Of a DNA stretch of 63,555 bases, positions 57,723 to 63,555 are shown one piece after another. Source of the DNA: a virus (Duplodnaviria > Caudoviricetes). Position 1 is the first letter of the stretch; each line of letters starts with the position of its first letter. The stretch is from IMG/VR virus record IMGVR_UViG_3300004806_000026, positions 1 to 63,555 of that record; one strand, written 5' to 3'. Below the pieces are notes generated by a model that saw nothing but the letters and a program-made list of their open reading frames with translations, was not told the origin of the DNA and made no database searches. The position numbers were made by a program, and so were the translations under genes.

Positions 57723-58895
57723 ATGTTAGCAATAGGCAAACCACTAACCGCACAAGAGCGGTTGTTCAAAGCTACGACTGCAATCGTAGGTCAAGATGAG
57801 TTCATTGCACTAGCCGGTGTACTTATGATCGGTGAGAAGAAGATAGTTGATGGACTACCGACTGCGTGTACCAATGGTCGTGACGAAGCGTATGGTCGTG
57901 AGTTCGTGGAATCATTAACCGATCCCGAATTTAGATTCTTAATACTACATGAGTGCTATCACAAAATGTATCGTCACTTAACCACATGGAAACATCTTTA
58001 TGAGGAAGATGCCCAACGTGCCAATCGTGCGTGTGACTATGCGATCAACATCCGACTAGCCGATACCGATCTAGGTAAGAAGGGTTGGATCAAGATGCCC
58101 GAGAACGGACTCATTGACGAAGCGTATCGTGGTATGGACGTACACGAAATCTATAAGTTGTTACCGCCTGGCAATGGTGGCAAGAGTAAGGGTGATGGCG
58201 AGGGTGACAGTCCATTCGATGATCACGACTGGGAAGGTGCACAGGAGATGAGCGAGGAGGAAGCCGAGGAGTTGAAGAAACAAATTGACGAAGCAATCCG
58301 TCAAGGCTCAACACTTGCATCCAAGACAGGGGCGAGAAGTTATGGTGACTTACTTAAGACCGAGCAAGACTGGCGTGAACTACTGCGTGAGTTTGTGTCA
58401 ACAACTTGTGCAGGACATGACTATTCAACATGGCGCAAACCTAATCGTAGATATGTGGGTATGGACATCATCATGCCAAGCGCAATCAGCGAGACACTAG
58501 GTGAGATCGTGGTAGCTATTGACACATCAGGATCTATCGGTCAACGTGAACTAGAAAAGTTCTTAACAGAAATCGTGGGTATCTCTGAACAAGTAAAGCC
58601 GAGCAAGGTTCGCATAATCTATTGGGACACTAGCGTGTGTTCGACTGAGGTGTATCTACAAGACGAGCTATACAAGATACCCGCATCTACTAAGCCCGAG
58701 GGTGGTGGTGGCACAGACGTGGCGTGTGTACCGATATACATGAACGAGCAAGGCATCAAGCCCGAGTGTGTGGTTGTGTTAACCGATGGTTACTTAGGTG
58801 GGACATGGGGTGTGTGGAACGTGCCAGTATTGTGGTGCATCATTGACAACCCAAGGACAACTGCAAGTGTTGGAACAACGATACATCTGGACTAA
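57723..58895 (+). CDS. metallopeptidase-like plus VWA domain protein (DUF2201-like)
   Basis: TACTNG, LHECYH (HExxH), DTSGS MIDAS, GGGGTD, LTDG. Confidence 0.88.
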   Translation: MLAIGKPLTAQERLFKATTAIVGQDEFIALAGVLMIGEKKIVDGLPTACTNGRDEAYGREFVESLTDPEFRFLILHECYHKMYRHLTTWKHLYEEDAQRANRACDYAINIRLADTDLGKKGWIKMPENGLIDEAYRGMDVHEIYKLLPPGNGGKSKGDGEGDSPFDDHDWEGAQEMSEEEAEELKKQIDEAIRQGSTLASKTGARSYGDLLKTEQDWRELLREFVSTTCAGHDYSTWRKPNRRYVGMDIIMPSAISETLGEIVVAIDTSGSIGQRELEKFLTEIVGISEQVKPSKVRIIYWDTSVCSTEVYLQDELYKIPASTKPEGGGGTDVACVPIYMNEQGIKPECVVVLTDGYLGGTWGVWNVPVLWCIIDNPRTTASVGTTIHLD

Positions 58896-58940
58896 TGTAG
58901 TCGACCGACTACACATCAATAATTTAACAGGAGAATAACA

Positions 58941-59837
58941 ATGGGATACTATGGACTAAATACATTTGACGAAGTGGCTAAACGCTACATGGATACTAAG
59001 CCCTTGCGTGGTAAACGTGCAAGTGAAGATATTAGACCTTTGGGCACTGGCTTCGAACGCCGTTACACTTGGAAACGTATTATTCGTATCAACGAAAACA
59101 AATATGTTCTGAATGATGGTAACAACATCTTTTGGGCGCACAACACATTGCAGTATGAAGATACCGCACCAATCGTATGGGAACGCAAAGATGGGCGTGA
59201 CTACATCACAATACGAAACAACTGGAACAATGGCAGTGCCGTATCTCGCTATAAGTTCTTACAGCAATGGTTACCAAAAGGTATGAATTTTACATTCAAC
59301 CAACAAGGCAAACATTATGTAGTTTACAAAGGCGAACTAAACTTCTTGCCAAAACCCATACTCAATGTAGACTGGGGGAAGAAGATATATACGGTAGAGC
59401 GTGATAGCAAGATCGTGTACGAGGAACGCTATGGTGAATTCATCAGAGCTAATGAGTTGCAACCCTTTGTCACAAGACGTAAAGACAAAGCATTGGTAGC
59501 CGAGTATGAACCCAAGATAGAAGAATTTTGGATATGGATGCAGATTATGTTGCCAATACTGGGGGACATGGACTACGACAAGAAAGCCACATATGCAAGT
59601 AAGCTTTGCACAAGCGGGATATGGTATTGGAAAAAATATACACCACAAGAAAAAGTGCGTGAAGCACTTAACAACCCCGAGTCTGAGTATCGGGTGGCGT
59701 TAGCAGTATGTTGTGCAGATGAGATAGGTGCGTATAAAAGTGGCACAACGGGGTTCACACCAAAACCAGATTCGCTTCAAAAGTTAAAGGAGTTGATGCG
59801 TAAGATAGCGGGTTTGTATGCAGTGGAATTGAAATAA
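58941..59837 (+). CDS. hypothetical early protein
   Basis: Long ORF with AACAGGAGA RBS. Confidence 0.75.
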   Translation: MGYYGLNTFDEVAKRYMDTKPLRGKRASEDIRPLGTGFERRYTWKRIIRINENKYVLNDGNNIFWAHNTLQYEDTAPIVWERKDGRDYITIRNNWNNGSAVSRYKFLQQWLPKGMNFTFNQQGKHYVVYKGELNFLPKPILNVDWGKKIYTVERDSKIVYEERYGEFIRANELQPFVTRRKDKALVAEYEPKIEEFWIWMQIMLPILGDMDYDKKATYASKLCTSGIWYWKKYTPQEKVREALNNPESEYRVALAVCCADEIGAYKSGTTGFTPKPDSLQKLKELMRKIAGLYAVELK

Positions 59838-59858
59838 CAACTTAACAGGAGAGTAAAC

Positions 59859-60815
59859 ATGAGTATCCGATACATAAAAATATCTGAATTATTAACAGAT
59901 GAAGCTAAGTTTCAAACAGATATATACAAGGTACACGAGAGCGTAACGCCAGTAATAGATAAACTCTTTAATGGTTGGCACGTCAGCGAGGAAATGTATA
60001 ACTATATGACTGCGGTAAGTAAAGCAATGCCGAAAGCAAAGTTTGCCCCACATAGCGTGGAGTGGGTATCTATGCCCGGGGAGTCATACAGACACGTTAA
60101 CAAGTTTGCTGTATACATGGATGAGTTTCCCTATGCTTTAGGATTCATAGGTTATGGTGACTTTAGTGTTAATGGTAATAGCCGAGCGTACATGGTAGAG
60201 AGTCGCAAGATTAAGAACACTAAGTACTCATCACGTCGTGATCAGTATTATATGCAGATAACTACCGACTTGAAGAAGGCAACCAAGAACGCATCCACAT
60301 ACCTTACGCCTTATTCTATTAAGGAGTTAGCACAAGTTACTTATCGGTCGTTTTCTCGCAATGTCGAGAGGGTCAAAGAGGAAGTAGACGGACTACCCCA
60401 TAAGATCACAAGACCTATTCGTGACAAGACAAGCGCAATCATTGCAGAGATGAGGAATCTTATGGCACAGAACGTGACGTTCGTAACCGAGGAGTTCAAG
60501 ACCCTTGCCGAAGTATTGGTAGATACCCTTACCGAGCAGGAAGAAGAACGTAAGCGCCATGTGTTCGGTATGTATGTACGCATTAAGAACATAGGCACAG
60601 ATACTTATGCAGAGGTATACAAAGTGCATGATGTTAAGAATAACGCATTCAGCATTAAAGATGATGGTAGTCCACCGACTACAGTATTACTTTCAGATTT
60701 TGACGGCGACTTGGCAGGTAACATAGCTGTCCTTAATATGTTAAAAGATGAACAGTATGTACCACGAGTAGGTTACAAAGTAGATAGCAACACTTATTGG
60801 TTGGAGCGTGTATGA
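59859..60815 (+). CDS. hypothetical early protein
   Basis: Long ORF with AACAGGAGA RBS. Confidence 0.75.
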   Translation: MSIRYIKISELLTDEAKFQTDIYKVHESVTPVIDKLFNGWHVSEEMYNYMTAVSKAMPKAKFAPHSVEWVSMPGESYRHVNKFAVYMDEFPYALGFIGYGDFSVNGNSRAYMVESRKIKNTKYSSRRDQYYMQITTDLKKATKNASTYLTPYSIKELAQVTYRSFSRNVERVKEEVDGLPHKITRPIRDKTSAIIAEMRNLMAQNVTFVTEEFKTLAEVLVDTLTEQEEERKRHVFGMYVRIKNIGTDTYAEVYKVHDVKNNAFSIKDDGSPPTTVLLSDFDGDLAGNIAVLNMLKDEQYVPRVGYKVDSNTYWLERV

Positions 60816-61267
60816 GCATGATATATAAAGCAAAGGATAGGTACAGCATGGGTTGGACTGACCCATTGGGTACTTACGGCAGTCTCGACAATTTCACGGA
60901 AAGGAATTGGGAAAAACTTAGTTTGCTTGAGAAGATCACATACGATATAGAGCGATGTGCGCCGGCTACGATAGGCAATACGTTCCTTAACATACGAAAA
61001 CAAGTTGTTAGTATGATTGCGGAGAAACCTATTTACAGAATTTTAATTAGAGGAGATAATTCTATTGAAACAGATTGCTATGATATGATAGACTTATTCA
61101 AACCTGAATTAGAAAAGGCATATTCTAGTATTGACGATTTACCTGAATGGGTGAAGGAACGACTAGCAGTCTTATCTATATTAAACCCCGACCAACGCAA
61201 CGAAGAAGTAGAGGGTGTAGGTAGACGAATAGCGAAGAACATCTATTGGGTGTACAAAGGAGAATAA
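60812..61267 (+). CDS. hypothetical early protein
   Basis: C-terminus LAVLSIL...VEGVGRRI...YWV resembles the end of the preceding gene (IAVLNML...VPRVGYKV...YWL). Confidence 0.7.
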   Translation: MSMIYKAKDRYSMGWTDPLGTYGSLDNFTERNWEKLSLLEKITYDIERCAPATIGNTFLNIRKQVVSMIAEKPIYRILIRGDNSIETDCYDMIDLFKPELEKAYSSIDDLPEWVKERLAVLSILNPDQRNEEVEGVGRRIAKNIYWVYKGE

Positions 61268-61270
61268 TAA

Positions 61271-61585
61271 GTGGCATCAACGCCCGAAGCAAAAGTTAAG
61301 AAGTCTGTGCGCCAAGTCTTAGATAGGCTTGGTGCGTATTATGTGATGCCAGTGACAGGCGGTTACGGTAATCAGGGTGCGCCCGACTTCCTTATTTGCT
61401 TGAACGGACTTTTTTACGGCGTGGAATGCAAAGCCGGAAAAGGAAAGCCAACTGAACTGCAACTTCTCAACATGAGAAAGATAATAAAAGCAGGGGGTGT
61501 GGCATTAGTGGTGTATGAGAATGACATCTCATACTTAGAGTCTTTATTAACAACAGGAGTTAACAATGAGAAAACAAACATCTAA
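61271..61585 (+). CDS. VRR-NUC family nuclease
   Basis: TPEAKVK...GAPDF...GVECKAG..KPTELQ. Confidence 0.85.
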   Translation: MASTPEAKVKKSVRQVLDRLGAYYVMPVTGGYGNQGAPDFLICLNGLFYGVECKAGKGKPTELQLLNMRKIIKAGGVALVVYENDISYLESLLTTGVNNEKTNI

Positions 61586-62003
61586 ACAAAAGATACTTAA
61601 CGCTTTAGAAACTAAAAGCATGAAGCCAAAAGATGTGGCTATTGCAACGAAGTTAAATATTAAAACGGTATACGCAATACTTTATAAATTGCATAGTGTA
61701 GGCGATATTATCAAAGGCGATGATGGTGCTTACGTCATTCAACGTGTACAACTTAAAGATAAGCATATAGAAAAATTAACTTCTGAAACTATCAAGAAGT
61801 TTAAAGATACGATTGAAGAGCAACGAGCAGAGATTGCTAAATACCACGAGTGGTGCTTGGAGTGGAAGAAGATGGTCAGAAATGCGGAAGATAAAGCAGA
61901 GCAACTCGATGCTGTGTTAAATCGTTCATTCGCAGTTATACATTACCTTGAAGAACGTGTAGAAAAACTTACTATACGAGTCCACAACCTACCACAAGAG
62001 TAA
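61566..62003 (+). CDS. winged-HTH plus coiled-coil protein
   Basis: MKPKDVAIATKLNIKTVYAILYKL HTH. Confidence 0.65.
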   Translation: MRKQTSKQKILNALETKSMKPKDVAIATKLNIKTVYAILYKLHSVGDIIKGDDGAYVIQRVQLKDKHIEKLTSETIKKFKDTIEEQRAEIAKYHEWCLEWKKMVRNAEDKAEQLDAVLNRSFAVIHYLEERVEKLTIRVHNLPQE

Positions 62004-62033
62004 TGTAGTCGACCGACTACATAAGGAGAAACT

Positions 62034-62231
62034 ATGTCAGAACAAGACAGGATATATCTACGACATCTTTATGCGATGTTTGCAATGATGAAGATGACTT
62101 GGAGTAAGGGTGAGGAGAAAGAAGATGCCGAAGATTGCTTTGTCATTGCAGATGCTATGTTAGAAGCGAGTGAATCTAAGCCAGTCGAGGAAGGCATAGT
62201 TTCTATTAAGAAACGAAGGAGTAAACAATGA
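62034..62231 (+). CDS. small hypothetical protein
   Basis: LRHLYAMFAM...AEDCFVIADAML pattern; TAAGGAG RBS. Confidence 0.7.
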   Translation: MSEQDRIYLRHLYAMFAMMKMTWSKGEEKEDAEDCFVIADAMLEASESKPVEEGIVSIKKRRSKQ

Positions 62232-62344
62232 TAACAACTAGCACAGGAATTAAGATAGGTTGTAGGTACGACCCTTGGTATGTTTATCATAGTGAAGATC
62301 AGGACTGGATTAAATACTTAATAAATTGGGGGTGGTATGACTAA
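62228..62344 (+). CDS. small hypothetical protein (38 aa)
   Basis: Translated by hand MITTSTGIKIGCRYDP...; AAGGAG RBS. Confidence 0.55.
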   Translation: MITTSTGIKIGCRYDPWYVYHSEDQDWIKYLINWGWYD

Positions 62345-62540
62345 AGAAGAAATGATTGAATTGGCTAAACAAGCAGGATGGGAATATGCACATGGTGATA
62401 GTGGATTCGAACCTTTGTGGACATTTGCCAAACTGATAGCAGTTAAAGAACGTGAGGAATGTGCAAAGATGTGTGATGAATCTGAATATCCTGATGGATC
62501 TGATTTGGCTCATTTAATTCGTGCAAGGGGACAAGAATGA
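62337..62540 (+). CDS. small hypothetical protein
   Basis: MTKEEMIELAKQAG...EREECAK...IRARGQE. Confidence 0.7.
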   Translation: MTKEEMIELAKQAGWEYAHGDSGFEPLWTFAKLIAVKEREECAKMCDESEYPDGSDLAHLIRARGQE

Positions 62541-62791
62541 AGTTTAGAAAAAAGCCTGTGGTGATTGATGCCACACAATGGTTCAAGATGGGCGACCATC
62601 CTGCTGTTGAAGAATCTTTGGCAAATGCTCAGTTTGGGTGGATTGATACCTTAGAAGGTGGTCATATCGTCAGTTCAGGCGACTGGATCATCACTGGCGT
62701 GAAGGGTGAGCACTACCCATGCAAACCTGACATCTTTGAGGCAACTTACGAACCAGTTGAAGTTGTATTTGAATATAAAAGCTACCCATAA
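62537..62791 (+). CDS. conserved phage protein (KFRKKPVVI family)
   Basis: IDTLEGGHIV..GDWIITGVKGEHYPCKPDIFEATY. Confidence 0.8.
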   Translation: MKFRKKPVVIDATQWFKMGDHPAVEESLANAQFGWIDTLEGGHIVSSGDWIITGVKGEHYPCKPDIFEATYEPVEVVFEYKSYP

Positions 62792-62800
62792 GGAACAAGA

Positions 62801-62965
62801 ATGAACGAAGAATATACTTTTTATTCACCGCCCAAGCCAAATATTATTTTTAGACTTGGTAAAGATAGCAACATAATTTTTCACAGTCATATACCAAAAC
62901 CGCCCAATGCTTTTCAAAGATGGATGTTAAGAACATTGCTAGGAATTTATATGGAGTTGATATGA
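62801..62965 (+). CDS. small hypothetical protein (54 aa)
   Basis: Translated by hand MNEEYTFYSPPKP...PNAFQRWML; TAAGGA RBS. Confidence 0.55.
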   Translation: MNEEYTFYSPPKPNIIFRLGKDSNIIFHSHIPKPPNAFQRWMLRTLLGIYMELI

Positions 62966-63480
62966 CTAGACAGGAAGCTATAAATATACTTTTAGATCAC
63001 TTTAGTGCAGGATTTGTCCGCACAATAGAGGATGCGCTAAACAAAGAATGGGTAGGGTTGACTAATAACGAAGTTTTGTTGCAATACTCAAAAGAGGATG
63101 TTGAGTGGCAAAAGCAACAGATGGAACATGCACAACAATTAAACGCAGAAGCACTAAAGCAAGAGCAAGACGAGCCTGTTGCTTATTTTAGTCCGCAAAA
63201 AGGCGGTTTTTACTGGGCAAAGCCAACAACAGTTACCGCACCAGTAACAATTGACGTTGAGCCATTGCCTTTTTACACCACACCACAAGGATGTGCTGAA
63301 TGTGGAAATGGTGGTGGTTATGCGTTGTATTGCGTTGCCTGTGTTGAAAAGTTTTTTGGTAAAGGTAAAGAATGGGTAGGGTTGACTGATGAGGAAATAA
63401 AAGACATTGTTGATTGTGGTAGAACTGATTATGTAAATATTAAGAAAGCGGAACAAAAATTAAAGGATAAGAACACATGA
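62962..63480 (+). CDS. mosaic hypothetical protein
   Basis: Start MTRQEAI preferred; KEWVGLT twice, EPVA module, CAEC..CVAC, ends LKDKNT. Confidence 0.65.
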   Translation: MTRQEAINILLDHFSAGFVRTIEDALNKEWVGLTNNEVLLQYSKEDVEWQKQQMEHAQQLNAEALKQEQDEPVAYFSPQKGGFYWAKPTTVTAPVTIDVEPLPFYTTPQGCAECGNGGGYALYCVACVEKFFGKGKEWVGLTDEEIKDIVDCGRTDYVNIKKAEQKLKDKNT

Positions 63481-63555
63481 TTGAATACGACTTTGAGGGA
63501 TATGCCAAGTCTAAAATTGATAAAGGATTAGGCTATTTGGAAGGTTTTAGTAAAG

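Larger units (their letters stand above)
52244..62022. repeat. dispersed 20-bp palindrome ATGTAGTC-N4-GACTACAT (11 copies in this span, 1 more at 8510)
   Basis: Copies start at 52244, 53060, 53168, 53746, 54358, 55614, 56483, 57677, 58895, 60665, 62003. Confidence 0.9.

Noticed and set aside
52244-62022. Palindromic repeats as a CRISPR array
   Set aside because: Spacing is irregular (about 0.1-1.8 kb), copies lie inside ORFs and in both orientations, and there is no cas operon; the Cas4-like nuclease belongs to the replication module.
63477-63555. Exact circular closure of the window
   Set aside because: Joining the end to position 1 does not put the final ORF in the ...LKERNT* frame, and no terminal overlap is visible; a small gap is likely.

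Overview
The window is a near-complete genome of a tailed dsDNA phage of podovirus type. The embedded Rz/Rz1 spanins imply a Gram-negative host. The + strand carries early genes (52.4-63.5 kb, continuing at 1-1.2 kb), including an AAA+ ATPase/VWA-metallopeptidase module and many small ORFs, and replication genes (1.2-10.3 kb: family A DNA polymerase, Cas4-like nuclease, SNF2 helicase, primase-helicase). The - strand (51.8 to 10.4 kb) carries the late genes: terminase, portal, GroES-like chaperone, major capsid, adaptors, modular tail-fibre cassettes, lysis genes and giant ejection proteins. No integrase, tRNA, CRISPR array or reverse transcriptase was seen. The most interesting signals are non-coding. 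(1) Early and middle genes share an extended RBS, AACAGGAGA, and two candidate structured RNAs (10297-10372 on +, 51820-51904 on -) display its antisense sequence, suggesting an sRNA-based shut-off circuit. (2) A 20-bp palindrome, ATGTAGTC-N4-GACTACAT, occurs about 12 times, almost all in the early region. (3) A chained double-pseudoknot leader abuts the RBS of a capsid-region gene. (4) An iteron/IHF-site inverted repeat at 53.35-53.58 kb may be an origin or genome-end site. All product calls come from motif recognition and synteny by eye; no database searches were run.
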